64,000 nucleotides of DNA, taken from Candidatus Latescibacterota bacterium. Its GTDB lineage: Bacteria; Latescibacterota; UBA2968; UBA8231. The stretch lies in NCBI GenBank assembly GCA_965197905.1, contig CBDAOB010000005.1, forward strand, positions 96,001 to 160,000. The letters are read 5' to 3'. The notes under the pieces are model-generated. The model saw only the letters and a program-made list of their open reading frames with translations. It was not told the DNA's origin and did not search any database. Shown here in pieces: positions 10,561 through 21,159 of this stretch. The stretch's first letter is position 1, and the number at the start of each line of letters is the position of its first letter. Both the position numbers and the translations under genes were made by a program.

Positions 10561-10653
10561 AGCTTGCTCAGTGCATCGACGCTGCGGGAACTTGATAGCG
10601 GCTGTGACAGTTAGTGCGCTCGCGCGCGGGTCATCCCTGCGTTCGCTGAAAGA

Positions 10654-11430
10654 ATGAGCATGAACATACGACTAGCGCAAATCAGGATTGTCCCAGAGAA
10701 GTGCAATCCTGAGGGTAACCACGAAAAGTTGATGTCTGTTCTGAAGAGCATGGCGAGGGAGACTGTCGACGTAGTAGTCACCCCGGAGTGCTTTCTGGAT
10801 GGCTATGCGGTCACCGAGGCCTCGGTGACCGCCGACAATCTCAGAGAATATGCTATCGATCCTTTGAACAACCCCTACGTAGATAGTTTGTCGAGCTGGG
10901 CACGCGCTAACACAGCCTGGGTTGTTTTGGGATGCAGCAGGTTGTCCGCGGAAGGAGTCTACAACACGGCCGTACTCCTTGGTCGTGATGGCAAGCTGGT
11001 TGGCGCCTATGACAAGACCCACTGTCAGGGGCACGACAGAAAATTTGTTCCTGGACAAGAAATTTCCGTCTTCGATTCTGACTTTGGTCCCTTCGGCGTC
11101 CTGATTTGCGCCGATCGGAGGTGGCCCGAGACGGTTCGCTCACTTGCACTGAATGGCGCCAGAGTCATCTTCAACCCAACCGCCGGCATGCACGATGAGA
11201 AGAATTTGCGAATGATGCAGACCCGGTCCTATGAGAGCGAGATTTTCATTGCCTTCACCCATCCTCTGCAGTCCTTGCTCACCGATCCGACCGGGAAAAT
11301 CATCTGCAACGATGCCCACGGCAACGCTAGTTTTTCCCTTTCCGAGATCGACCTGTCGCAGGTTGATGAGGTGAGAGCACGAGATTCGGCTCACTTGAAG
11401 GATAGGAGACCGGAGCTGTATTCTGGTTGA
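10654..11430 (+). CDS. Carbon-nitrogen hydrolase (nitrilase superfamily)
   Basis: PEC, YDKTH, ICAD catalytic E-K-C triad. Confidence 0.92.
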   Translation: MSMNIRLAQIRIVPEKCNPEGNHEKLMSVLKSMARETVDVVVTPECFLDGYAVTEASVTADNLREYAIDPLNNPYVDSLSSWARANTAWVVLGCSRLSAEGVYNTAVLLGRDGKLVGAYDKTHCQGHDRKFVPGQEISVFDSDFGPFGVLICADRRWPETVRSLALNGARVIFNPTAGMHDEKNLRMMQTRSYESEIFIAFTHPLQSLLTDPTGKIICNDAHGNASFSLSEIDLSQVDEVRARDSAHLKDRRPELYSG

Positions 11431-11447
11431 CAGTGCGGAGAAGCATG

Positions 11448-11529
11448 TGCAAACAATGGGCTGAACAGCGGCTTGGTATTCCCCGCGACTGCGCGCTCCA
11501 TGCCAAACGCGTCAGCCCGAGCGCTAGCC
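11448..11529 (+). other. attC-like site with GCT in place of GTT
   Basis: TGCAAAC-aat-gggctgaacagcg...cgcgtcagccc-gagc-GCTAGCC; two unpaired bases on the left arm. Confidence 0.62.
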
Positions 11530-11544
11530 GGTCGGGAGGAAGCC

Positions 11545-12495
11545 GTGAAAACAAAGGTGCCAGCGATAATCGATACCGACATCGGCGGGGACATTGATGA
11601 CGTTCTCGCCCTGGCTTTCGCGCTCAACAGTCCGGAAGTGGATCTGCGTGCGGTAACGACGGTCAACACGGATCCCGCCATGCGTGCGCGTATCGCCGCA
11701 AAGATGCTTCGTACGTTCGGTCGCGAGGATGTCACGGTCGTTCCCGGCGAAAAGCTCCAGTTCGACGGGTCGCCGACATTCTGCAAAGACATCAACCAAG
11801 CCGTTCTCGTCTCTGTTGAAGACTCCGTACCGACGTCTGACCTTACAGCGACCGAAGTGATTGTTGAAACTGTGCGAAACTGCAGCGAGGCTCTCACCAT
11901 CATCGGGATCGGGTGTTGGACCAACATCGCACGCGCTTTCGAGAAGGCGCCGAACTTGTCGGATGCCGTTGGACGGCTCGTGCTCATGGGCGGCAAGATT
12001 TCTCCGCCGGGGCCGGAATCCAATGTTCTCTGCGATCCGGCCGCTGCTGCTTTCGTCCTGGATCTGCCGGTCCCGAAGCTGTTGGTCCCGCTGGACGTAA
12101 CGGCGCAGTGCCGTTACGCTGCGGGGCGACATGAGGATCTCGTCACAACCGGGGGCGAGCAGACCAAGCTCGTCTGGGATTTGATGCGGGCGTGGCAGAT
12201 CGGGCGGCTCGGCGGCAATACCCGGGCTGAGCCGGTCCTGCACGATCCTTTGGCTGTTGCCGTTGCCTTTGATCCATCTCTCATCCGACAACTGGAACCG
12301 ATGCGAGTCACCGTGTCGCACGGGAACAACGATCCACCGTCCACGATACCGGTACCGGGTCTCCCGAACGCAGAGGTCGTGCGAGACGTGGACCGGACGA
12401 GATTCGAGGACCTGTTCGCGAAGCGCATTCTGTCACGCGACCATGAGAGTCTGCAAACGACGCTATTCAGCCGACGAGGAGGACCGCGAGGCTGA
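11545..12495 (+). CDS. Nucleoside hydrolase (IU-NH family)
   Basis: DTDIGGDIDD, MGG, E.N...DP, LHDPLA; GTG start after GGGAGG. Confidence 0.92.
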   Translation: MKTKVPAIIDTDIGGDIDDVLALAFALNSPEVDLRAVTTVNTDPAMRARIAAKMLRTFGREDVTVVPGEKLQFDGSPTFCKDINQAVLVSVEDSVPTSDLTATEVIVETVRNCSEALTIIGIGCWTNIARAFEKAPNLSDAVGRLVLMGGKISPPGPESNVLCDPAAAAFVLDLPVPKLLVPLDVTAQCRYAAGRHEDLVTTGGEQTKLVWDLMRAWQIGRLGGNTRAEPVLHDPLAVAVAFDPSLIRQLEPMRVTVSHGNNDPPSTIPVPGLPNAEVVRDVDRTRFEDLFAKRILSRDHESLQTTLFSRRGGPRG

Positions 12496-12509
12496 TGGCC
12501 ACGTTAGGA
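12452..12509 (+). other. attC-like site (58 nt)
   Basis: TGCAAAC-gac-gctattcagcc...ggctgatggc-cac-GTTAGGA; one extra base on the left arm. Confidence 0.68.
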
Positions 12510-12513
12510 GGCG

Positions 12514-12665
12514 ATGAATCGGTGAGCGCGAAGACGAATCCAATTCCTCAATCTATTCTCATCGGCAAGGGCGGTGGATTGCGCTTGCGACACGTGGGCC
12601 GTGACGGAGCAGAGGACTTGGTGGTTGCCCTGTCAAATCACATCGACGAACGGTTGGCGGAATGA
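12514..12665 (+). pseudogene. Remnant of TlpA/thioredoxin-like gene
   Basis: RBS and ATG right after the attC, then out-of-frame IPQSILIGKGG.LRLRHVG...HIDERLAE*, resembling a redoxin C-terminus. Confidence 0.45.
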
Positions 12666-12777
12666 CGTCGGCCAAGTGGCTCTGGCAACTACACTCGAGT
12701 CAGCGGAAGTATCGACATGCCCGATCGCCTGCCTTAGTGGGTCGGCGTCCGCTTAGCCACTCGGGTCCCTAAGCAAA

Positions 12778-13509
12778 ATGCCTACACCGCTAGACGACAA
12801 GTCGACGGTCAATGAGATCCGCGAAAGGTTTGACCACGATATCGATCGGTTTTCCCAGATTAGTACCGGTCAATCTGCGACGATAGACGCTCGGCTCGCT
12901 ATGGATCTAATCACCAAAGCCGCGGTTGCCTGCACGTCCCCAATCAAACGAGTACTGGACATTGGATGCGGTGCTGGTAACAACTCGCTCAGGCTACGGC
13001 AGGTACTTGGCGAGGACTTCGTCGCCGATCTCTTGGATCTCAGTCAGCCTATGTTGGACCGCGCGGTGGTGCGCCTGTCCGCAATCAATAATCGAGAAGT
13101 CAATGGGTTGCAAGGGGATTTTCGCCACCTTGAACTTCAAGCAGAATCATATGATGTGATCATTGCGGCCGCGGTGCTTCATCATTTTCGCGACGACGCC
13201 GACTGGTTAGAGGTTTTCGAAAAGATATTCTCGCTTCTGGCGGCAGGCGGTAGCGTCTGGATTACCGACTTGGTAGCCCATGAAACGCGTACTATAGATG
13301 AAATCATGTGGGCGCGGTACGGAGAATACTTGGTATCGCTTGAAAGTGAACATTATCGTGACAAAGTACTCGCATACATCGACAAAGAGGATTCTCCACG
13401 CCCGGTTACCTACCAACTTGAACTGTTGCGCAGTGTGGGTTTTGCCCACATCGAGCTACTTCATAAGAATTCGTGTTTTGCCGCGTTCGGTGCCGTAAAG
13501 AGCGCATGA
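12778..13509 (+). CDS. Class I SAM-dependent methyltransferase (CmoA-like)
   Basis: VLDIGCGAG, VLHH, EDSPRP. Confidence 0.9.
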   Translation: MPTPLDDKSTVNEIRERFDHDIDRFSQISTGQSATIDARLAMDLITKAAVACTSPIKRVLDIGCGAGNNSLRLRQVLGEDFVADLLDLSQPMLDRAVVRLSAINNREVNGLQGDFRHLELQAESYDVIIAAAVLHHFRDDADWLEVFEKIFSLLAAGGSVWITDLVAHETRTIDEIMWARYGEYLVSLESEHYRDKVLAYIDKEDSPRPVTYQLELLRSVGFAHIELLHKNSCFAAFGAVKSA

Positions 13510-13619
13510 CCATCGTTCCAGTCGACGCGCGGTGAGACAGGTTATATGGTGCTACCAGCATTGCCAGAACAACCCCGCCGGCAGTTCTTTGGAACCACAC
13601 CATCAACAAGGAGAGAGAA

Positions 13620-13907
13620 GTGAAAAAGTTTATGTATCTGCATTTCGGATTCGAGGAGCCCACCCCGGAAATCATGGAATCTTGGATGGCCTGGTTTGAA
13701 TCGATCTCCGACAAGCAGGTCGACCAGGGTGGGTTCAGTAATGGTCGAGAAATATCGAAAAGTGGAACCAGGGACCTACCATGGGATACGGAATCAATTA
13801 CCGGTTACAACATCATCGAAGCGGAGAGTCTCGAAGCTGCAGAGAAACTTGCTCAGAGCAATCCGTTTATCGCGAGCATTCGCATCTATGAATTGAGGTC
13901 GATGTAG
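13620..13907 (+). CDS. YciI-like dimeric alpha-beta barrel protein
   Basis: W.AWF, ITGYNIIEAESLEAA. Confidence 0.75.
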   Translation: MKKFMYLHFGFEEPTPEIMESWMAWFESISDKQVDQGGFSNGREISKSGTRDLPWDTESITGYNIIEAESLEAAEKLAQSNPFIASIRIYELRSM

Positions 13908-13970
13908 ACCGGATCGAGTCGGGTTGGAGACGCATTCAACCTGCGACAATATCAAGCATTGGAGGCGAAA

Positions 13971-14381
13971 ATGACGAGCGAAATAGTCTATGAGGACAAG
14001 TGGGGGGAGATTATCGACCGGCCATCTTCGAAGTTGGTGGAAATCCGTTGGTATGACACTACAGCAGAAATGTCCGGTGACGAGTTTAACCATTGGCTGA
14101 GTACCTATGCGGGCTGTGTCGAGGTGAGGAAACGACCCGGATGTCTCGTAGACTCTGTTCAGTTTAAGATGCCCATGGACCGAATGAATTCAGGTTGGCG
14201 CGACGAGAATATCATTCCAAGGTACAACGCTGCGGGAGTTGCGAAATTCGCCTTTATCATGCCAGCCGGCATGCCGCTTATCGGTGCCGAACCGGCGCGA
14301 GAGGGTCCGGGGGACTTTCCGACGGGATATTTTGGTGAGCGCTCAACAGCTGTTCGTTGGATCGAAGCGGGTGCCACCTAG
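13971..14381 (+). CDS. Hypothetical protein (SpoIIAA/STAS-like fold possible)
   Basis: GGAGG RBS; WR...IIPRY..AGV.KFA, YF.....A..W. Confidence 0.6.
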   Translation: MTSEIVYEDKWGEIIDRPSSKLVEIRWYDTTAEMSGDEFNHWLSTYAGCVEVRKRPGCLVDSVQFKMPMDRMNSGWRDENIIPRYNAAGVAKFAFIMPAGMPLIGAEPAREGPGDFPTGYFGERSTAVRWIEAGAT

Positions 14382-14480
14382 CAGAACTGCCGCGGACATT
14401 GGCACGGGAAAGACAGCCATTAGGCTGGCTGCGCCTCGGATAGGGCGCTGCGCCAGACGGTTTTGCGAAAGGAACCTGCA

Positions 14481-14794
14481 ATGGATCGCGGAGATGCCGA
14501 TTCGATTTGGTTTGTGATTGAACCACCGAATCCACCAAATCAGGGTATCATGTTTGTGAATCATGCCAAGGCCGGGCGCAGCGGCCACTTGGGCCATGCG
14601 CTAGTCGAATACTCACTGGGGTGAATTGGGACGCCGGTCGTTACCTTCGTATGGCAGAAGCCGGCTGGGGCGGCTACTCCAACAACCTGCTTGTCAGCGG
14701 CGCGTACGCAGGCGCGCCTGAACGGTTGCTCATTCAGGCATCTCATGCCTACCAGCAAGATATGACCAATGTGTTGCACTGGTGGTTGAGGTAG
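14481..14794 (+). pseudogene. Internally deleted gene, possibly sialidase/BNR-like
   Basis: N-terminal piece (..RSGHLGHALVEY..*) abuts an out-of-frame C-terminal piece (WDAGRYLRM..YSNNLLV..RLLIQASHAY..NVLHWW..*). Confidence 0.4.
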
Positions 14795-14837
14795 CGAGAC
14801 TAGATGACTGAGGCGACGACGCCTTCCAGGAAGCGGC

Positions 14838-17800
14838 TTGGGCTGGTGCTGTGGCTGGCTGGATTTGCCGCAGAACCGTTGGTGTCTTAGTCACGTGCAG
14901 ACCTTCTGTGCGGCCGCATTGCTCGCTATCCTGGCGGTGACCCCCGTCACTGGAGAGCTCCTGCTCGTGGAAAACGGGCAACCTCGCTCCACCATCGTGA
15001 TGGGAGCGCATGCCAGCACCAACGAGCGAATCGCGGCGGAGGAGCTGCAGCTCTACCTGCGCAAAATCAGCGGCGCATTGGTCCCGATCGTCACGGACCT
15101 CGAACTGAGCTCGGACAGTGGAGCCAGGGGTCGGTCGACAGGCGGGGCAACACGGCTGCTAATCGGTCGCAACCGCTTCACCGAGCGGATTGGACCGACG
15201 ACCACCGACCTCGGACTGGACGGATACTTGATCCAGACCGAGGGCGACGACTTGATGCTTCTTGGGGATTCCGAGAAAGGTTCCCTCAACGCGGTTTACG
15301 GGTTCCTCGTGGACCACCTGCAGGTGCGCTGGTTCATGCCGGGAGATCTCGGGGAAGACGTGATGCCGAAGCAGACCATCCGCATTCCCCATCTGCGTGA
15401 ACGCCATACGCCCGATTTCTTTGCGGTTCACGGTCTCATCTGGTCCGGGCACACCCGCGGTGCGCCTGACTGGCAGCGACGCAACCGCGCCTCTATCGGG
15501 CCTCCTGACTACTTCTTCGGCCACAGCTTCCACCACATCCTGGTGGAAACCCCCGAGCTGCGGTCCAAACATCCGGATTGGTTTGCCAGAGACGCCAGGG
15601 GAAACAGCAAGAAATCGGGGCAGCTTTGCACTTCCCATCCCGATGTTGTTGCCATCGCCATACGCAAGGCGGCGCTCTTCTTCGATCGCAACCCCGAAGC
15701 TGCCACCTTCGGCGTTTCTCCCGAGGATGGAGGCGGATTCTGCCAGGACTGGCGCTGCCAGGCGCTGGACGAGGAGATCGGGGTCGACAACGGTTTCATA
15801 ACCGACCGCTTCATGTATTTCGCCAACCAGATTGCTCAGGGGTTGCGCGAGCTCGATCCGGTGAAATACTCCAACAAGCGGATCGGGTTCCTGGCGTATC
15901 ACAACTACATCAACCCGCCTGAGAAGATTGTTCCCGATCCGATGGTGACCGTGGTCATGACGCACATGCATTGGTCATACTGCGATGTGCATGCCATGGA
16001 CGATCCCAGATGTCCGAGCAACAAGGGGTTCTCCAGGCGCTTACAACGCTGGCAGGCAGTCTCCGATCACGTCGGCATCTACGATTATTTCGGCCACAAC
16101 GAATTCTACGTGCCGTGGCCGTTGTGGAATACGACCATCCCCCAGCATCTGGCCTACTTCAAGGAACAGGGGATCGAGGCGTTCATTGCCGAGTCGCAGC
16201 AGAACTGGGCAAACCAGGGCATGAATTTCTACGCTGCCGCCAAGCTGGCGTGGGATACCGACCGGGACATGGAGGCTCTGTGGGAAGATTTCTACATTCG
16301 CTTCTACGGACCCGCGGCTGAACCGATGCAGCATTACTGGCAGGGGTGGGAAGCGGACATGCAGGGTTCCGGCCAGCATGTCTGGGACTGGATCCTCGAC
16401 GCCAACAAGGTCCCGCTGATCGATACCAGCCGCCGTCACCTGGATTCAGCCTGGGAAGCAGTGGAGGCGGCGGAAAGCGACGGCACCAGACTGGACAAGG
16501 TGCGCGGCCGGCTGCAGTTGGCGGAAGAGGGGTTCAAACACACCGACATGTGGTACGAGATGCGGCGCCGATGGACGGCCAACGATATCGGTAAAGGCGT
16601 CTCGCTCGCCAACAGCATGATCGATCACATAAAATCGACCCGAGGCATGGAGCCTCAGGTCTTTATCGAAGGGCTGGCGCTTCAGCACATCGAAGAGCAA
16701 CGTCGGGCAATGGGTGGCAGGCCGAGACCGGCGCCGGAAGGCCCCACTTTTCCCCAGCCGCCCGCATGGGACGGCCGTTTTGCGTTACCCGAAGTCTCAG
16801 GAACCTTCCGACCGCTCCGCCTGCAGACGTCGAGTGTCAATTGGGGAGGGGGACAGGTGGAGATCCCGTTCGTCTTGAACCAGCGAGCTCGCGTATGGCT
16901 CGCCGTCTACGAAAAGGGAAGCATCGACACCGGGGAGCGCGGGCTGCGTGGGGCGTGGCTACGTTTGGAGCCGCAGGACAAATTCGTGCTTGTATCGTCC
17001 GGACAGATCTACGGGACCGGCGTGCATGCCGTGTCCTGGGACGGAACGGACTTTGAAGGAAGGCTGGTCCCGGCAGGCGCGTACGCATTCGACCTGATCG
17101 CCGTCAACAATCTGGATCAGCCTGTTCTAGCAGGTCCCAGCGCCCGCACGGGCTGGGGCTCCAACCTCATCGACACGCGCTTCGAACCGCCGGAGATTTG
17201 GATCCAGGAGTACGAGCGAGAGTACCCTGCCAACCGGCACAAAGCGGGGGACGTGATTCGCGGTACCCTGGGTGTCGATTATCTTGCCCATTCATTGGCT
17301 TGGGAACGGTGGTCGTACAACGGCGTGCTGGATTTCGGAGGGGCGCGGACCCACAGCGGTCTGCGCGTCGACGATCTCGACCCGGGAATCTTCTGGACCA
17401 CCCATTACAAAGGGGAAGAGGGCGGTTTGTACAAGATGCGCATCGACCGCGAAGAAAAGAGTTGGAATCGGGACCCTTCCTTCGGCATCAATGGTTTTGC
17501 CGCCAACTTCGAGGATCGGCTGATGGCGGTGGAGCCCTGGGGTCCGGTGGTTTACGGCGCCCATTGGAGTCAGGGGTATCCTCCACTGAGCACCATCGAA
17601 TCATGGGACAAGACCAGTGGTGAGATCGTGCAGGAGTTCGACGTCAACGATGTCTACGGCAATCGTGGACCCGGGCAGATCGGTGTCAACCGGCAGGGGA
17701 TCTGGATGGCCAGCCATTCCAGCCCCAACGTCGCATTTGTCACGCACGAGGGGGCGCTTGCGTGGGTGAACAGAAACGGCGACGAGATCGGTGACTTCGT

Positions 17801-18503
17801 TTCAAATGAGGATGCCAAACTGGGATCGCGAGCGTTACACATTGCGCCTGCGGCCGGCAGCAACATCAAGATTCAGGCGGACGCCCATGGGCGTGCGGTA
17901 TTCCTGACCACCTCGGGAAACAACCGAGGAGCACATTTTTCGGTTCTGGGTCGTGACGGCGCGGGCTTGTTCGAGGTGGAGCTCCCCGGACGGCTGGGCC
18001 CCTTTCGCCCGGATGTCACCTGGCATCTGCGCATCGTCGACGAAGAGGGAGGTCGGTATGACGGCATCTACTACGGCAGCCGTTTTGGACTACAAAGCCG
18101 CAGCTGGGAATACCCAGAGGACCAGAAGTTCGGTCCGGGCATGCTGATGTACATTCCGTTCGATCTGGCTTCGGGAGAGTTGGGGCCACACGTCACTGCG
18201 GTGGAGACGCGTGCGGCTGTACCTGGTAAATATGCGCTTGAGCCGGCCTATCCCAACCCGTTCAATCCGGAAACTATGATTCGCTTCCAGGTTCCGGATA
18301 GGACCACCGTCGAGATTGCGATCTATAACATCGCGGGGCAGAAGCTGCGCACACTTGCAAGCGGAAAATTCGAAGCGGGCTTGCACCGGTTGACTTGGGA
18401 CGGCCACGACCGCATAGGGCGGGCAATGGCCAGCGGAGTCTACTTCTACCGCATGAAAACCGGAAGTTTCCTCGCTACCCGTTCGCTTACGCTGTTGAAG
18501 TAG
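14838..18503 (+). CDS. Large exported protein: DUF4838/GH20-GH67-like domain, beta-rich repeat domain, FlgD/T9SS-like C-terminal domain
   Basis: AAEELQ.YL.KISGA, VRWFMPG..GE, QLCTSHPDV, FYGPAA..M; Pro linker; YPNPFNPET..SGVYFY tail; likely start near 14895. Confidence 0.78.
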   Translation: MGWCCGWLDLPQNRWCLSHVQTFCAAALLAILAVTPVTGELLLVENGQPRSTIVMGAHASTNERIAAEELQLYLRKISGALVPIVTDLELSSDSGARGRSTGGATRLLIGRNRFTERIGPTTTDLGLDGYLIQTEGDDLMLLGDSEKGSLNAVYGFLVDHLQVRWFMPGDLGEDVMPKQTIRIPHLRERHTPDFFAVHGLIWSGHTRGAPDWQRRNRASIGPPDYFFGHSFHHILVETPELRSKHPDWFARDARGNSKKSGQLCTSHPDVVAIAIRKAALFFDRNPEAATFGVSPEDGGGFCQDWRCQALDEEIGVDNGFITDRFMYFANQIAQGLRELDPVKYSNKRIGFLAYHNYINPPEKIVPDPMVTVVMTHMHWSYCDVHAMDDPRCPSNKGFSRRLQRWQAVSDHVGIYDYFGHNEFYVPWPLWNTTIPQHLAYFKEQGIEAFIAESQQNWANQGMNFYAAAKLAWDTDRDMEALWEDFYIRFYGPAAEPMQHYWQGWEADMQGSGQHVWDWILDANKVPLIDTSRRHLDSAWEAVEAAESDGTRLDKVRGRLQLAEEGFKHTDMWYEMRRRWTANDIGKGVSLANSMIDHIKSTRGMEPQVFIEGLALQHIEEQRRAMGGRPRPAPEGPTFPQPPAWDGRFALPEVSGTFRPLRLQTSSVNWGGGQVEIPFVLNQRARVWLAVYEKGSIDTGERGLRGAWLRLEPQDKFVLVSSGQIYGTGVHAVSWDGTDFEGRLVPAGAYAFDLIAVNNLDQPVLAGPSARTGWGSNLIDTRFEPPEIWIQEYEREYPANRHKAGDVIRGTLGVDYLAHSLAWERWSYNGVLDFGGARTHSGLRVDDLDPGIFWTTHYKGEEGGLYKMRIDREEKSWNRDPSFGINGFAANFEDRLMAVEPWGPVVYGAHWSQGYPPLSTIESWDKTSGEIVQEFDVNDVYGNRGPGQIGVNRQGIWMASHSSPNVAFVTHEGALAWVNRNGDEIGDFVSNEDAKLGSRALHIAPAAGSNIKIQADAHGRAVFLTTSGNNRGAHFSVLGRDGAGLFEVELPGRLGPFRPDVTWHLRIVDEEGGRYDGIYYGSRFGLQSRSWEYPEDQKFGPGMLMYIPFDLASGELGPHVTAVETRAAVPGKYALEPAYPNPFNPETMIRFQVPDRTTVEIAIYNIAGQKLRTLASGKFEAGLHRLTWDGHDRIGRAMASGVYFYRMKTGSFLATRSLTLLK

Positions 18504-20975
18504 GTGGACAATCGAAAATCCTTAATGTTTGATCCTGCGCGTCTGTTTTCGTCAGGCCTGCCCAGCCGCGAGTGGTGTCAGTTCCCCGCAGAGGGATTTT
18601 CGCAGCCGGCGTGTGGCGCGATCTTCCGCGCCGAGAAGTCTCCGTGTTGTGGGGTGCCGTTAGGTGGCATCAGCACAGGATGTGTCGACGTGGATCCACG
18701 CGGGGTGTGGGGATTCAGCAGCATCTTCAATCCCAGTTCGGATGAAATGGGTGGGTGGGACCGCCGCGGTCCCCGCAAGCTGCCCACCTTGGAGCCGATT
18801 CTCGGTCTGGCGTCGGGCGGTAAGACCTGGGTAATGGCCACCGAGGAGATGATCGCAGGGGGCGAGATGCCCTGGTGCACCGACCTGCTGGCCGCCGAGA
18901 TGCACGGCAAGGAGATACCTCAACATTTCGTTACACCGGTAGATCTTGAGGGCGTTGAGGCAGCCCGGGATATCGACTACTGGGGCCACTATCCGGTAGC
19001 CGATATGGAGTTCGATACGTCCGCTCCCGTGTCTGTAGGCATGCGGTCATGGGCGCCTCTGATTCCCGGGAACGCTGCCGCTTCCAACATTCCTGCCGCC
19101 GTATTCGAGGTACACCTGCGGGCCGATGAACACGCCTGTAGCGGAACCCTGGCATTCAACTTCCCCGGTCCCGACCGTGAGGAAGCGCGGTCGACGGAAT
19201 TCACGCGCAGCGTTATGCAAGAGGACCTAACTGGTCTCATCGTTTCGTCCGCGGCCGGCGTCAACTACGTGCTCGGCGTCATCGGCAGCGAAGAGGTTCG
19301 CTTTGGCGCCGGTCTGGGCGGCGACGCCGCAGCGTGGAAGTCGTTCGCTGTCTCCCTGCCACAACCGGCCAACCGCGAAGTGACCGGTGCACGGATCTAC
19401 GAAGATGCCAGCTGCACGGCTGCCGTCAGCTTCGATCTCAAACCTGGCGAGGAAAAGGTGGTGCGATTTGTCCTCGCCTGGTACGCCCCGGTGGTGGAGG
19501 GCGCCAGAAAAACGTGGGACGGCATCGACCGGGTCGAGGATGATTTCTTGCGCCAGCGCTGGATGGCGGAATCGTGGGCGGGTGACACTAACTACTACTA
19601 CCAGATCTACGCCACGCGCTACGGCAGCGCCGTCGACGTTGCTCGCCGGGTAAGCGCCGAGCACAGCAGTCTGCTGCAACGGGTACTTGCGTGGCAGGAG
19701 GTTATCTACGCCGAGGGCAACTACCCCGTGTGGCTGCGCGATTCGCTGGTCAACAACCTGGCGCTGATCGCCGAAGACAGTCACTGGTTCCAACCGCGTC
19801 CGCCGTTGGGTGACTGGTCCCATCCTTTCGGCGCCTTCGCACTCAATGAGAGCCCGCGGGGATGTCCCCACATGTCGTGCAACCCGTGCGACTGGTACGG
19901 CAACCATCCCATCGTCTTCTTTTATCCGGACCTGTCGGCATCCACCCTGCGGCTTTTCAAGCAGTATCAACTGGAAAACGGCGAGATACCGTTTGCCATC
20001 GGCAAGATCGGGGATCTGCCCGACATGGCCACGCCGGAGTATTACTGGCAGGTCTCTCTCAACGGAACCTGTTACGTGGACATGGTGGACCGCCAATGGC
20101 AGCGAACCGGAGATGACGAGTTTCTAGCCGAATTTTACGAGTCAGTGAAGGCGTGCAACAGCTTCACCATGAACCTCAACAAGAATCACGGCGGCGTGAT
20201 CAGCATGCCGGAGATAGGCGGCATGGAATGGTTCGAGGCCGGCGAATGGGTCGGCATGGTTGCCCACATCGGCGTCATGCGGCTATCGCAGTTGAAGATC
20301 ATGCTGCGCATGGCCCGAGCCATGGGGGACGATCAGTACTCTACGAAATGCGCGCAGTGGCTCGAAGATGGAACACGGGCGATGGAAGATGAGCTGTGGA
20401 CCGGAAGCTATTACCTGAATTTTCTGGTGCCGGACAGCGAAAAAAAGTCGGACGACATCATGGCCTACCAGCTCGATGGGGAGTGGGCCAACTTCTACCA
20501 CGGGGTCGGTGGCGCACTAGAGCCCGACCGCGTCAAAACCACGCTGGAGACCATCAAGCGCTGCAACATCGCGCTGACACCTGAGATCGGCGCCGCCAAC
20601 TTTTCGCGTCCCGACGGCAGCGCACTCGCCGCAGATACCAAGGTGGCCGAGTATGGCGTCTATGCGATGTTCCCGCCCGAGGTAGTTCTCCTTGGAATGA
20701 ACTACATCTACGCTGGCGATCTCGAATTCGGCCTCGATCTGATTCGCCGCCACTGGGAAAATTTGGTGTTGCGGCAGGGGCACGGGTGGGACCTGCCCAA
20801 CATCGTGCACGGGGATTCAGGGAAGCGGGCGTTCGGCACAGATTACTATCAGAATATGATTCTGTGGGCGTTGCCTGCAGCGATGGAGAATCAGGATTTA
20901 CGAGGATACACAGCCAAAGGGGGTTTGATCGATCGGGTGTGGGAGGCGGGAAATCCGGAGAGTACGGCCCGCTAA
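18504..20975 (+). CDS. GH116-family glycoside hydrolase
   Basis: GVPLGGISTG, GHYPVAD, LWTGSYY, YQLDGEW, YY.NM..W. Confidence 0.85.
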   Translation: MDNRKSLMFDPARLFSSGLPSREWCQFPAEGFSQPACGAIFRAEKSPCCGVPLGGISTGCVDVDPRGVWGFSSIFNPSSDEMGGWDRRGPRKLPTLEPILGLASGGKTWVMATEEMIAGGEMPWCTDLLAAEMHGKEIPQHFVTPVDLEGVEAARDIDYWGHYPVADMEFDTSAPVSVGMRSWAPLIPGNAAASNIPAAVFEVHLRADEHACSGTLAFNFPGPDREEARSTEFTRSVMQEDLTGLIVSSAAGVNYVLGVIGSEEVRFGAGLGGDAAAWKSFAVSLPQPANREVTGARIYEDASCTAAVSFDLKPGEEKVVRFVLAWYAPVVEGARKTWDGIDRVEDDFLRQRWMAESWAGDTNYYYQIYATRYGSAVDVARRVSAEHSSLLQRVLAWQEVIYAEGNYPVWLRDSLVNNLALIAEDSHWFQPRPPLGDWSHPFGAFALNESPRGCPHMSCNPCDWYGNHPIVFFYPDLSASTLRLFKQYQLENGEIPFAIGKIGDLPDMATPEYYWQVSLNGTCYVDMVDRQWQRTGDDEFLAEFYESVKACNSFTMNLNKNHGGVISMPEIGGMEWFEAGEWVGMVAHIGVMRLSQLKIMLRMARAMGDDQYSTKCAQWLEDGTRAMEDELWTGSYYLNFLVPDSEKKSDDIMAYQLDGEWANFYHGVGGALEPDRVKTTLETIKRCNIALTPEIGAANFSRPDGSALAADTKVAEYGVYAMFPPEVVLLGMNYIYAGDLEFGLDLIRRHWENLVLRQGHGWDLPNIVHGDSGKRAFGTDYYQNMILWALPAAMENQDLRGYTAKGGLIDRVWEAGNPESTAR

Positions 20976-21159
20976 GCAGGGAGCACATACCCTTGCGGAA
21001 CGCGCGTTGGGAACCAATCTTTCTGGCGGTGCGGACCCGCGGGGGCACTACTCCGCGCCCCGATTGTCGCTCAATAAACGAGGCCATGCCCGTGATCGCA
21101 GAATCGCAACCGCAATCGATTCCCTGGTACCGAATGCCGGCACATCGAAGACGCGAGTC

